Notes: generated by a model not told the origin, from the sequence alone. 26,424 nucleotides of DNA from a virus (IMGVR_UViG_3300049215_000481:142857-169280), one strand, 5' to 3'; shown: positions 16,196 through 24,661, numbered from the stretch's first letter. Numbers and translations: made by a program.

Positions 16196-18217
16196 GTGAG
16201 CAGTCGCGCCGGACGCTTCAATGTAATTCAGGACTTCGACAAGGAAGCGGACCCCGGCTACCTGACGCAGTCCAGCTACGCGATCGTGGCGGTCGTGCGG
16301 CTCGGCACCCCGCTCAGCTTCAGCCGCAAGAAAATGGGGTCCATCACCCGTGACCTCTCCGCAGGCGCCCTCCTCCGCGCCGAGAAGCCGCTGGTCATCA
16401 CGGACGACCTGCATCACCTGCAGGTGTCGCACAACAAGCGCAGCCACACCGGCCAGATGCAGCTCGCGCTGCTCGCGACCGAGGTCAACTACCTCATCGA
16501 GATCCTCCCCGGCGATCACGTCTTCGCCTGGATCGTGAACAACAGGGAGGACTACGAGCGCCTCCTCAAGCAGATCGACCAAGGCGAGCCCTGCAACGAC
16601 TTCAACGACGGGCTCAAGTTCATGGGGCGCATCCACAACGTGCGCAAGATGGTCTCGGTCGACCCGGGCAGCGGCACCAAGCACGCCGGCTACACCATCT
16701 CCGCTATGTCGTTCAGCGAGCTGGACGCGATGTTCTACTACGACCGCTCGCTCGCCTCGAAGGACGTCATCCAGCGGGACCTCGGGCAGTGGCTCGCGCG
16801 CATCGGCCTCGACGCCGAGGCGCTGTTCGCGCAGGACACGGACACCGGCGTCAAGGAGAACAACGTCAACGATATCGTGCCGGCGCTCCTCGACCTCATC
16901 GTGGGTCACGGCCCGAGCACGCCCGTCGCTGACCGCGTGCCGACGGTCCTCGCGGCTGGCGGCGTGGACATCTCGGCGCAGCCCACCGCGCTGCTGAGTC
17001 CCGACTACGCGTACATCATCCCGCAGATGGTCGGCAAGCTCATCGGCTTCGACCCAGGCCAGGCGTCGAAGGGCGTCGTCTCGTACGCGGACGTCCTGGA
17101 GCTGATCATCGGCGTCCAGAACTACCCGAACAAGAGCGGCGACTGGGACGTCTTCCTGCCCGAGGTCAAGCCGACGTCGAGCATCAACCGGCGCGTGTGC
17201 CCGAAGAAGATGCTGGGCACCTTCCTCTCCGCCCACCTCGACTTCGCGAGCCGCCCGCTGTGGCAGGTCCTGAACGCGTACCTGAACCCCACCATCAACG
17301 AGATGTACACCACGCTGCGGGTCAACTCGGCCGGCAAGGTGGTGCCCACCGTGGTGATGCGGCAGATCCCGTTCACCACCGAGTCCTTCACTCCCGACAC
17401 GCGCTCCGAGGAGATCGACAACGGCAGCCTCGGCGACGTCCCCTTCACGCGCTTCCTCGACCTCCCGCAGTGGGAGATCCCGCCCGTGATGATCCAGCAC
17501 GCCGACATCGGCCGCTCGGACGCCACGCGCTTCAACTTCGTCCACATCTACGGCTCGAACAACTACCAGACGGCCGACGTGCAGCGCTCCATCCAGGAGC
17601 AGATGGTCAACAACCCGCCCATCCGCGACGACCTCGACATCATGCGCTCGGGCATGCGGCCGTACATGACGACCGTCGAGTGCTTCGTCTCAGACCAGGT
17701 CGGCAAGGTCCCCGGCAAGTGGATGGCGCTCGTCGCCGACTGGATGATCGGCAGCCACCTCACGCTGAACGGCTCGATCGAGTGCCACGGCATCCAGGCC
17801 CCGATCTGCGTCGGCGACAACTTGCTCTTCGACGGTGTCGCCTACCACATCGAGGCCGTCACCCACACCTGGGCGCTCAACACCAACGACGGCACGAAGC
17901 AGTGGACGACGCAGCTCTCGCTCACGAACGGGATGCGCGCCGACCTGCCGCCCGACAGCTACACCGACTCGCCCGCCGGCAACGAGACCGAGAAGCTCCC
18001 CATCTACCCGGGCGTCACGATCGACGACAACACGCAGTACGACCCCGGCCTCACGCTGGAGCAGGGGCGCCCGACTTCGGGCGGTCCCTCGAAGCGCGCC
18101 TCCGACGTCGTGGTGACGGAGGACATCACCGTCGAGGACAGCCAGCTCTCGCCCCAAGCCCAGCAGGACTCGCCTGACCGCAGGAGCCTGCCCAAGACCT
18201 CACCGGAGAACCTGTAG
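16196..18217 (+). CDS. putative baseplate hub/tail protein
   Basis: 673 aa; C-terminal LNGSIECHG...ICVGDNL...YHIEAVTHTW...WTTQLSLTNG resembles GpD/gp27-like hub C-termini; between tape measure and spike. Confidence 0.65.
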   Translation: MSSRAGRFNVIQDFDKEADPGYLTQSSYAIVAVVRLGTPLSFSRKKMGSITRDLSAGALLRAEKPLVITDDLHHLQVSHNKRSHTGQMQLALLATEVNYLIEILPGDHVFAWIVNNREDYERLLKQIDQGEPCNDFNDGLKFMGRIHNVRKMVSVDPGSGTKHAGYTISAMSFSELDAMFYYDRSLASKDVIQRDLGQWLARIGLDAEALFAQDTDTGVKENNVNDIVPALLDLIVGHGPSTPVADRVPTVLAAGGVDISAQPTALLSPDYAYIIPQMVGKLIGFDPGQASKGVVSYADVLELIIGVQNYPNKSGDWDVFLPEVKPTSSINRRVCPKKMLGTFLSAHLDFASRPLWQVLNAYLNPTINEMYTTLRVNSAGKVVPTVVMRQIPFTTESFTPDTRSEEIDNGSLGDVPFTRFLDLPQWEIPPVMIQHADIGRSDATRFNFVHIYGSNNYQTADVQRSIQEQMVNNPPIRDDLDIMRSGMRPYMTTVECFVSDQVGKVPGKWMALVADWMIGSHLTLNGSIECHGIQAPICVGDNLLFDGVAYHIEAVTHTWALNTNDGTKQWTTQLSLTNGMRADLPPDSYTDSPAGNETEKLPIYPGVTIDDNTQYDPGLTLEQGRPTSGGPSKRASDVVVTEDITVEDSQLSPQAQQDSPDRRSLPKTSPENL

Positions 18218-18220
18218 CCC

Positions 18221-19129
18221 ATGGGCGACGTAGTCCCTTCGTTCCTCGGCGGCACGCACTTCGACAACGACGCGTTCGGGAAGGTCCGAATGATGGTCGG
18301 CGAAGTGCAGGCCATGTACCACAAGAACCACCCGAAGAACGTCTCGAAGAAGTTCACCGAGTACCAGGTGTGCGTGAAGGAGCGCGTGAACAACACGGCC
18401 GTCTCGCGCATGTACGAGCACGTCATCCAGCGCGACCTCTTCGGAGGCAAGGCCGACACGTTCCACTTCACCTACCGCCCGGACACCTCCGCCAAGCGCG
18501 ACGTGAAGGACCCGCGGCCGGCGCTCGGCTCGAAGGTCCTCCTCATGTGCATCAACGGCGAGGTCAACAGCGCCGTCATCGTCGGCGGCATCCGCGACGC
18601 GAACGGTGAGGAAGACGACGACGGCACGAACGGCCAGGGCGACCTCGGCCACCACATGCACTTCCGGTTCAACGGGATCGACTTCGTCATCAACAACGAC
18701 GGCGAGCTGACGCTGACCTACCAGGGAGCGCAGAAGATCGACGGCACGCCCGCGGACGGCGTCGACGTCGACAAGATGACGGGCACGACGGTGAAGATCA
18801 CCAAGGAAGGCAACTTCACCGTCGCCGACAAGGACAGCAAGAACGTCATCCAGCTCGACCACGCGAACGGGAAGATCCTCATCACCTCGGAGAACGAGGT
18901 GGTCACGACCGCGCCGAAGATCAAGCACGGCAGCGCCGACTCTGACGAGCCGCACGTCCTCGGGAACCAGCTCAACGACTGGGTGCAGAAGTTCGTCCAG
19001 GCCCTGGCGAGCATGACGGTCATGACCGGCGTGGGTCCGTCGAGCCCGCCCGTGAACATCCAGCAGTTCCAGCAGCTCGCGCAGCAGTTCCAGGACAACC
19101 TCTCCGAGACGTCGTTCACGGAGAAGTAG
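18221..19129 (+). CDS. putative baseplate central spike (GpV/gp5/gp138-like)
   Basis: OB-fold-like N-terminus (GSKVLLMCING...AVIVGG), beta-strand repeats, C-terminal VLGNQL...TGVGPSSPPVN. Confidence 0.7.
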   Translation: MGDVVPSFLGGTHFDNDAFGKVRMMVGEVQAMYHKNHPKNVSKKFTEYQVCVKERVNNTAVSRMYEHVIQRDLFGGKADTFHFTYRPDTSAKRDVKDPRPALGSKVLLMCINGEVNSAVIVGGIRDANGEEDDDGTNGQGDLGHHMHFRFNGIDFVINNDGELTLTYQGAQKIDGTPADGVDVDKMTGTTVKITKEGNFTVADKDSKNVIQLDHANGKILITSENEVVTTAPKIKHGSADSDEPHVLGNQLNDWVQKFVQALASMTVMTGVGPSSPPVNIQQFQQLAQQFQDNLSETSFTEK

Positions 19130-19627
19130 TTGGCCCTCTCGCTCCCCACGCTCAAGCAGGGGCTTGTGCAGGTGATGAAGAACCCAGCGCGGGACTACGT
19201 CACGGCGGCCCAGCAGTGGGCGCAGGCGTACGGCAGCTACGCGAGCGCAGCTCAGAGCCCGCTCGGAGTCGCCACGCCGGCATCCATCCAGGCAGCTCAG
19301 CAGGTTCTGCAGGCAGCTCTGGTGCCCGTCTTCGCGACGAGTCGGGTGCTGCCGCAGACGTGCGCACAGATGGCGCAGGCCTTCACGGCGTTCTGGATGA
19401 CGCCGCCCATCGTCTTCGTGGGCACGCCGCCCGGGGCGGTAACGGTCGTTCCAGGTGCAGCAGCTCTGCCGGCCGCTCTCGCCAGCGCGTTCGGAGTGAA
19501 CTTCGCCTCGCGTGCCCAGGTCGACCAAGCAGCTCAGCAGCTCGCGACGGCGCTCGACGCGTTCACTCGGACCGTCATCGTGACCCATCTCGTCGTTCCC
19601 ACACCCGTCATCGGTCCCATCACGTAG
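19130..19627 (+). CDS. hypothetical protein, likely virion/baseplate-associated
   Basis: TTG directly after the spike stop; Ala-rich, 165 aa. Confidence 0.6.
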   Translation: MALSLPTLKQGLVQVMKNPARDYVTAAQQWAQAYGSYASAAQSPLGVATPASIQAAQQVLQAALVPVFATSRVLPQTCAQMAQAFTAFWMTPPIVFVGTPPGAVTVVPGAAALPAALASAFGVNFASRAQVDQAAQQLATALDAFTRTVIVTHLVVPTPVIGPIT

Positions 19628-19637
19628 TTGTTAGAGC

Positions 19638-19646
19638 CGCAATCTT
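19638..19646 (+). promoter_or_regulatory. class B promoter motif CGCAATCTT
   Basis: 10 nt to ATG 19657. Confidence 0.6.
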
Positions 19647-19656
19647 ACGACCGCGG

Positions 19657-20097
19657 ATGTTGACGAGAGACGAGCGCGGTCGTATCACCGGGGCTGTACT
19701 GCCGGTTCCGGTTCAGCGCAAGTGCAGTTACTGCAAGCGGACGAAGCCGATCGAGGAGTTCTACAAGGAGTCGCGTCGGCCGAGCGGGTATTCATATCGC
19801 TGCAAGACGTGCGGAAGAGCGATGGCGAAGCAGCAGCACCTGCAGGAGAGGTACGGCCTCACCCAGGAAGCGTTCGACGCTCTACTGTCTTCACAAGGTG
19901 GCGGCTGCGCGATTTGCAGCGTAAGGCAGACACGCAAAGGAAGTCAGCGTCTCTTCGTAGATCACGATCACGAAACTGGGCGCGTACGTGGCATCCTGTG
20001 CGATGGATGCAACACCGCTCTCGGTTGCATGAAGGATGATGCGGCGACGCTGCGGGCCGGTGCAGCGTATCTAGAACGGCCTCAGCCGACGTCGTAG
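19657..20097 (+). CDS. recombination endonuclease VII-family nuclease
   Basis: CSYC/CKTC N-terminal Zn motif; YGLT...Q.GGCAIC...LFVDHDHETGRVRGILCDGCNTALG. Confidence 0.88.
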   Translation: MLTRDERGRITGAVLPVPVQRKCSYCKRTKPIEEFYKESRRPSGYSYRCKTCGRAMAKQQHLQERYGLTQEAFDALLSSQGGGCAICSVRQTRKGSQRLFVDHDHETGRVRGILCDGCNTALGCMKDDAATLRAGAAYLERPQPTS

Positions 20098-20336
20098 ATG
20101 TCGGAGTCGATCCGCTTGGCCTCGTAGCGGCCACGGATCGTCTTCGCGAAGAACGAGCCCTTCGACTCGGCCTTGTTGAAGTCCTCGAACGCCTCGGGCG
20201 GCACGTTGAGGTACTGGTAGACGCGCCCGTTGTTGAAGGCGATCTCCAACGTCTGCGCCTCGGGGTCGTAGCCCGCGGAGGCGAGGTTGGACGAGTTGAC
20301 GGGTGTGTGCTCCATGGTCGTCGCGGTTTGGGTCAT
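20082..20336 (-). CDS. KTSC domain protein
   Basis: VNSSNLASAGYDPEAQTLEIAFNNGRVYQYLNVP...AESKGSFF...IRGRY. Confidence 0.9.
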   Translation of the reverse strand: MTQTATTMEHTPVNSSNLASAGYDPEAQTLEIAFNNGRVYQYLNVPPEAFEDFNKAESKGSFFAKTIRGRYEAKRIDSDIYDVG

Positions 20337-20659
20337 GTCCCTGCTCCTTGTTCGTCGTCGTTCTCGGGGATGCCGAAGATGCGAAGGAGCGGGCCCGACA
20401 GGTTCTCGCGCAGGAGGGCGCGGATGGTCCCCGTCACGGACTCCAGCTCGGCGATGAGGGCAGGGTTGGTCGGGTCGTCGTCGAGCGCGTTCCCGAGGTC
20501 CTCCGCGGCGTCCGCGAGCTGGTCCAGGCGCGCCAGGAAGTCGGGGCGCTGCAGCAGGACAGCCTGCTCGGGGGTCAGGTCCTGGAGGGTGCCGTCGGGT
20601 AGGAGGAGGCAGGGCGGGATGGTCTGTAAAACCACCGCGCCAGCCGGTAACGTGCTCAC
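20333..20659 (-). CDS. hypothetical protein (108 aa)
   Basis: GTG 10 nt after a class A motif; ATGA-coupled to KTSC. Confidence 0.7.
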   Translation of the reverse strand: MSTLPAGAVVLQTIPPCLLLPDGTLQDLTPEQAVLLQRPDFLARLDQLADAAEDLGNALDDDPTNPALIAELESVTGTIRALLRENLSGPLLRIFGIPENDDEQGAGT

Positions 20660-20669
20660 GAAAGAGTCT

Positions 20670-20677
20670 ATAGCGAA
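20670..20677 (-). promoter_or_regulatory. class A promoter motif TTCGCTAT
   Basis: 10 nt to GTG 20659. Confidence 0.7.
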
Positions 20678-20682
20678 AGTGC

Positions 20683-20715
20683 TTGCGGAGGCTGGAACGT
20701 TCCTGTAACGTTACA
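20683..20715 (+). promoter_or_regulatory. sigma70-like promoter overlapped by two tandem palindromes
   Basis: TTGCGG-17 nt-TAACGT-7 nt-ATG 20719; GGAACGTTCC (20694-20703) and TGTAACGTTACA (20704-20715). Confidence 0.55.
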
Positions 20716-20718
20716 CCC

Positions 20719-21009
20719 ATGGCCCTCCTCGACGGAGCGCAGAACATGTTCGGCCCCCTGACCCCCGACGTGCGCCAGCGCGTTGCGGCGTATCTCGCAG
20801 CTCCAAGTGAGCGCGGCTGGGAGGACATCAACAGCGTCATCATCAAGCCGGAGGGCCACCCGCGAACGCTGTGGCAGGCCGTTCGCGCCGTCGACCCGTC
20901 GTTCCCGAGCACGGGGCCCAAGTACAGCCTCGGCCGGCGCGTCGAGGGGTGGAAGCGCATCCCGAACGCCATCCTGCTCGCGCGGGCCATCAAGCAGGCC
21001 TTGAGCTGA
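20719..21009 (+). CDS. hypothetical protein (96 aa)
   Basis: MALLDGAQNMFGPL...TLWQAV...; GC3-rich. Confidence 0.7.
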   Translation: MALLDGAQNMFGPLTPDVRQRVAAYLAAPSERGWEDINSVIIKPEGHPRTLWQAVRAVDPSFPSTGPKYSLGRRVEGWKRIPNAILLARAIKQALS

Positions 21010-21017
21010 TTCGCTAT
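21010..21017 (+). promoter_or_regulatory. class A promoter motif TTCGCTAT
   Basis: 9 nt to ATG 21027. Confidence 0.75.
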
Positions 21018-21026
21018 TAGGTCTCC

Positions 21027-21197
21027 ATGCTGATCGACCTCAAAAACTTCATCGCGCAACTGGAAGAGGCCGTCGAGTCCTTCGAGGCGCTCTGTAAGCA
21101 CGGCCAGGAGAATCACAACTGGCCCGCGGCGCTGGAGGAGGCTGACTGGTTCGAGCAGTTCCAGGCTCACGTGGAGATGGAGCTGGCTCGTCGATGA
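21027..21197 (+). CDS. small acidic protein (56 aa), not in the ORF track
   Basis: MLIDLKNFIAQLEEAVESFEALCK...; start in promoter register, ATGA-coupled to the next gene. Confidence 0.7.
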   Translation: MLIDLKNFIAQLEEAVESFEALCKHGQENHNWPAALEEADWFEQFQAHVEMELARR

Positions 21198-21490
21198 TAG
21201 TCACCTCGCCACCCACGGCACCTGCGCAGCTCGCGAGCATCGCTCTGCGCTGCGCGTGCAACGAGGCTGAAGGGCTCTGCTCGTCGCTGAACGCGAGCAT
21301 CGACCCCGACTGCCTCATCGAGGTGGTGCGTCACTTCGTGAACGACAAGATGGAGTCCGCCGTCACCGACGCCCAGCAGGCGTGGGAAGCCGGCGGTCTC
21401 GCGAACGGCGTCCTCGCCGAGGTCCTCTTCATGGGTCACATGAAGCTCGCGGGCATCGAGGCCGCGAAGTACGTGATGGGGTTGACATGA
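21194..21490 (+). CDS. hypothetical protein (98 aa)
   Basis: ATGA overlaps at both ends. Confidence 0.7.
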   Translation: MIVTSPPTAPAQLASIALRCACNEAEGLCSSLNASIDPDCLIEVVRHFVNDKMESAVTDAQQAWEAGGLANGVLAEVLFMGHMKLAGIEAAKYVMGLT

Positions 21491-22144
21491 GCGCACTGAG
21501 CATGAACGCCGACGAGTACAACGCCCTGATGGAGCGCCCGCGTGAACGCTGCACGGTCCTCGACCACAGCGACTACTTGGAGTCCACGAACTACTGGAAC
21601 ACCCTCGAACGCGCTCCCGGCAAGGACAAGGAGCACTGCAACACTCCCCAACTTCAGTGCCTGGTACAAGAACCTGCAGTGGCACCGGCGCGACCCGGAC
21701 TACTGGCGCGAGGTGTACAAGGACGCGACGGCGCGCCAGGAGAAGGCGTTCTGGTACAAGAACGATCCCGAGTACTGGGGCCAGCCAACCATCTACGGCA
21801 GTGAGGACGGCCCTCCGGCTTGGACGAAGCTCCTGCACAGCCGGGTGCCGCGAGGCGCGAAGCTCGTCGAGAAGATCAAGCACGAGCGCTGGGAGCGTCG
21901 CCAGACCCAGCCGAAGCAGAACTCGTACCCCAGCTTCGAGCGCGAGCTGGGCGCAGCCATCCAGCAGATGCGCCAGGACCTGAACGAGAACTGCATCGAC
22001 AACATCCGCGTCGCTGCGCTCGACGTGCGCAAGGACATGCGGAGCTACCGGAAACAGGCCGCGAGCGGCTGCTGCGGTCGCCACGACGAGGAGGTCGTGA
22101 TCCGCGGCCGGAAGTTCACCATCGGGTGCAACTTCGGCCACTGA
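21487..22144 (+). CDS. hypothetical protein with a +1 frame break in CCCC 21646-21649
   Basis: MSALSMNADEY...HCNTP joins PNFSAWYKNLQW...GCCG...IGCNFGH if one C is removed. Confidence 0.55.
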
Positions 22145-22150
22145 GCAAGA

Positions 22151-22158
22151 TTCGCTAT
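22151..22158 (+). promoter_or_regulatory. class A promoter motif TTCGCTAT
   Basis: predicted +1 at G22168; no ATG at that position. Confidence 0.7.
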
Positions 22159-22167
22159 ATCCCTCTT

Positions 22168-22301
22168 GGAAGCAGGCAGGGATCGGAACAAGAAGCCGCG
22201 ACCCTTTGAGCTGTGGGGCATGCAGGGCTAGGTCCTGGTCAGTGCGCGGCAGATGGACACACGAGCTAACCCCGGGGGTTCTTCCCCGGGGTTTCGTGTT
22301 T
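22168..22301 (+). ncRNA. candidate small RNA (~135 nt)
   Basis: bounded by a class A motif and a strong hairpin; internal stems AGGG/CCCT and CAGGGC/GTCCTG; no convincing ORF. Confidence 0.5.
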
Positions 22302-22303
22302 CT
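22259..22303 (+). terminator. intrinsic terminator
   Basis: AACCCCGGGG-GTTCTT-CCCCGGGGTT stem, extended by ACACGA/TCGTGT, with a T-rich tail. Confidence 0.75.
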
Positions 22304-22315
22304 AGGGTGTGGAGA

Positions 22316-22323
22316 TTCGCTAT
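22316..22323 (+). promoter_or_regulatory. class A promoter motif TTCGCTAT
   Basis: 9 nt to ATG 22333. Confidence 0.75.
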
Positions 22324-22332
22324 TCGCTCCAC

Positions 22333-22629
22333 ATGCAGATGAGAGCAGTCAGAACGAAGGACCTCGAAGCGCGCCTCGCAAAGATCGAGGCTGAAGCGAA
22401 GGAGCTGCGCACGCAGCTCGAAACTCGGCAGCGCTACGAGCGCCTCGCCGACGAGACGATGAAGTTCTGCCCCAACCGCGGCGGGCGTGAGCACGAGTGG
22501 ATCGCCGTCGCGATCCAGCAGAGCACCAGTGAGGTCTCCCGCGACTTCGTCACGCAGACTCGCAAGGTCGAGTGTCGGTGCGTCGAGTGCGGCGCCAAGG
22601 CCATCGTCGAAACCACCCAGTCCTACTAG
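22333..22629 (+). CDS. hypothetical coiled-coil/Zn-ribbon protein
   Basis: N-terminal coiled coil; CP...HEW...CVECG. Confidence 0.7.
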   Translation: MQMRAVRTKDLEARLAKIEAEAKELRTQLETRQRYERLADETMKFCPNRGGREHEWIAVAIQQSTSEVSRDFVTQTRKVECRCVECGAKAIVETTQSY

Positions 22630-22638
22630 GAGCACATC

Positions 22639-22893
22639 ATGAGCGTTCGTCTGAAGAGAGCAGCCAAGGCCCTGCGCGCCCGCTACGGCGTAAACAAGGG
22701 CGCCACGCACCAGCTTACCGGCGTCGAGAAGATGCGCGCTGACCAGGAGCTGCAGCGCCGCACGGGCGGCGCCCTGCGCGACTCTGCTGCCAAGACGCCG
22801 TACGGGACCACGTGGGCCGGCTACGGCTACACGGATCGCAACTCGTCTGCGGGGCGCATCAGCTGCGCGCGGGAACTCGCGAGGACGAAGTGA
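22639..22893 (+). CDS. hypothetical basic protein (84 aa)
   Basis: AGGAG SD; GTGA-coupled to the next gene. Confidence 0.7.
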   Translation: MSVRLKRAAKALRARYGVNKGATHQLTGVEKMRADQELQRRTGGALRDSAAKTPYGTTWAGYGYTDRNSSAGRISCARELARTK

Positions 22894-23357
22894 GCCCCTT
22901 CTTCGTCAAGCACTTCAAGAAGAAGCACAAGTGCCCGCAGTGCTCCCGCACGAAGCTCTTCGGCTACTCGCTCTGCTTGGAGCACCTCAAGAAGGCCCGC
23001 GAGTACTTCATGAAGTGGGCGAACGAGCGGCGCGCGATCGGCCGATGCATCCTCTGCAACCGCAAGAGCCGCATCGCGACCAGGGGTGAGTTCAAGGGGC
23101 AGCGTCCCGAGATCCGCTGCGCGCTGCACGCCCGGCTGAACCGGGAGAAGTGCCTCAAGTGGCACGAGAAGAACCCCAACTACCACAAGGAGCAGTGGCG
23201 CCTGCGGAAGGCACTCCGCGACGCCGGCATGTGTCCCTCGTGCCCCGAGCATCGCCCGCTCCCGCAGGGGCAGAAGAGATGCACGCTCTGCCGCATCAAG
23301 CACCGCGAGGGCTACGCGGCGATGCGCGCGGCTGAAGCGCAGATGGTGGCGGCGTGA
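22890..23357 (+). CDS. basic Cys/His-rich protein with three repeated Zn-finger-like units
   Basis: CPQC...CLEH, CILC...CALH, CPSC...CTLC, separated by basic helices. Confidence 0.7.
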   Translation: MSPFFVKHFKKKHKCPQCSRTKLFGYSLCLEHLKKAREYFMKWANERRAIGRCILCNRKSRIATRGEFKGQRPEIRCALHARLNREKCLKWHEKNPNYHKEQWRLRKALRDAGMCPSCPEHRPLPQGQKRCTLCRIKHREGYAAMRAAEAQMVAA

Positions 23358-23584
23358 ACCGGGCCGAGATCAGAGACGCCCTCATCGACGCCATCAAGGA
23401 AGAGGGCTTTCAGCGCGGAATGAGCGCGGACGATCTTCTTACGGTGAGGTTCGGCGAAGTGTTGCGCTCCTGTCTGTCGCGGCACGATCCGAATCTCATC
23501 AAAACCGAGGGGGCGAAGTTCCTTACCAGGATCGCTCGCGAGATCGTCGACGAGTTCCTGAACAAGAAGGTCCTGCCGGCATGA
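23354..23584 (+). CDS. hypothetical protein (76 aa)
   Basis: GTGA and ATGA overlaps. Confidence 0.65.
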   Translation: MNRAEIRDALIDAIKEEGFQRGMSADDLLTVRFGEVLRSCLSRHDPNLIKTEGAKFLTRIAREIVDEFLNKKVLPA

Positions 23585-23820
23585 ACGACCTGAAGGTCAA
23601 CAAGGTCCTGACCATCCAGGACCTCATCGAGCACCTGCAGACCCTCATCGCAGACGGCGAAGCGACTCCTGACACGCTCGTCGACGTCGAGGGCTGCGAC
23701 TGCACCGGCCACGCGAAGGGCGTGATCGTGCAGAAGACCGACGTCACCACCTGCGACGAGGACGGCTTCCCCGTCGACGTCCAACGCGACCTCCCCTGCG
23801 TTCTGATCGAGAGACTCTGA
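23581..23820 (+). CDS. hypothetical acidic protein (79 aa)
   Basis: ATGA overlap; contains EGCDC. Confidence 0.7.
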   Translation: MNDLKVNKVLTIQDLIEHLQTLIADGEATPDTLVDVEGCDCTGHAKGVIVQKTDVTTCDEDGFPVDVQRDLPCVLIERL

Positions 23821-23821
23821 A

Positions 23822-24074
23822 ATGAAGCAGACCCACGACATCGTCATCGAGCAGCTCCCCGAAGGGGAGTTTCAGGCAGGACACCTGGCAGTCACCTGCC
23901 TGGAGAGCGGGTTCCGCTTCTATCTCGGCACGCCCGAGTTCTACGAGGAGTTCTGCACAAACCCTCCACTCGGAGGCCCCCACGGACCTGAAAGAGCGCG
24001 CCGAGTACTACATGAACGGCGAAGACGGGTGCCGGCGCTGCCGCTCGGACGCTTACCACAAGTTGGTGCAGTGA
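23822..24074 (+). CDS. hypothetical protein with a probable +1 frame break near 23957-23961
   Basis: the +1 frame reads TLHSEAPTDLKERAEYYMNGEDGCRRCRSDAYHKLVQ* with GC3-rich codons and a TGATG junction. Confidence 0.45.
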
Positions 24075-24166
24075 TGGAAAAGGTCCACAAGCGCGGGTGC
24101 CGGTGCGGCCGGGCCCACGGCTACAGCGTCCGCATCCTGGCGCCTGGTCGTATCGACCTAGAGTAG
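24074..24166 (+). CDS. small hypothetical protein (30 aa)
   Basis: TGATG coupling; MEKVHKRGCRCGRAHGYSVRILAPGRIDLE. Confidence 0.35.
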   Translation: MEKVHKRGCRCGRAHGYSVRILAPGRIDLE

Positions 24167-24172
24167 CAGCTC

Positions 24173-24661
24173 GTGCTCAACGTCTGGACGGACGGTTCGA
24201 TCACCGGCGGTGCGTGGGGCAAGAAGTCCGAAGCGCCCTCGTTGCCGCACGCATGGTCGGCGTGGTACGCGCTCGACGAGGCTGGTCGGCTGGTTCACCA
24301 TCACTCGGTCGACCTGGGTGAGAATCCGACGTTCTCAGGAAACGTGGCGGAGTACTTCGCTGTGCGCTCCGCGCTGCACTGGCTCCAGAAGGAGTACAGA
24401 CATCACGTACTGAAGATTCACTCCGACAGTCAGCTCATCGTGAATCAACTATCCGGCAACTTCAACGTTCACAATGAGCGTCTCAAGCTCTTCCGAGACG
24501 CCTGTTGGCACCTGGCAAAGAAGTTCCCGCGGGTGAGCTACGAGTGGATTCGTCGCGAGAAGAACACCGTGGCGGATCAGCTCTCGAAGTGCCTGCAACA
24601 GCAGTACGGTGCTCGTCCGCTCACCAGTTCTGAGGTGGAGGCTCTTCTAGCCGCTCAATAA
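24173..24661 (+). CDS. ribonuclease HI-family protein
   Basis: VWTDGS, NVAEYFAV, IHSDSQLIVNQLSG, WIRREKNTVADQLS (all four D-E-D-D residues). Confidence 0.88.
   Translation: MLNVWTDGSITGGAWGKKSEAPSLPHAWSAWYALDEAGRLVHHHSVDLGENPTFSGNVAEYFAVRSALHWLQKEYRHHVLKIHSDSQLIVNQLSGNFNVHNERLKLFRDACWHLAKKFPRVSYEWIRREKNTVADQLSKCLQQQYGARPLTSSEVEALLAAQ

Noticed and set aside
22168-22256. SRP RNA-like words (GGAAGCAG, AGGTCC, GGCAGATG) in the candidate sRNA
   Set aside because: They are not colinear with SRP helix 8 and no GNRA-capped stem forms; likely chance.
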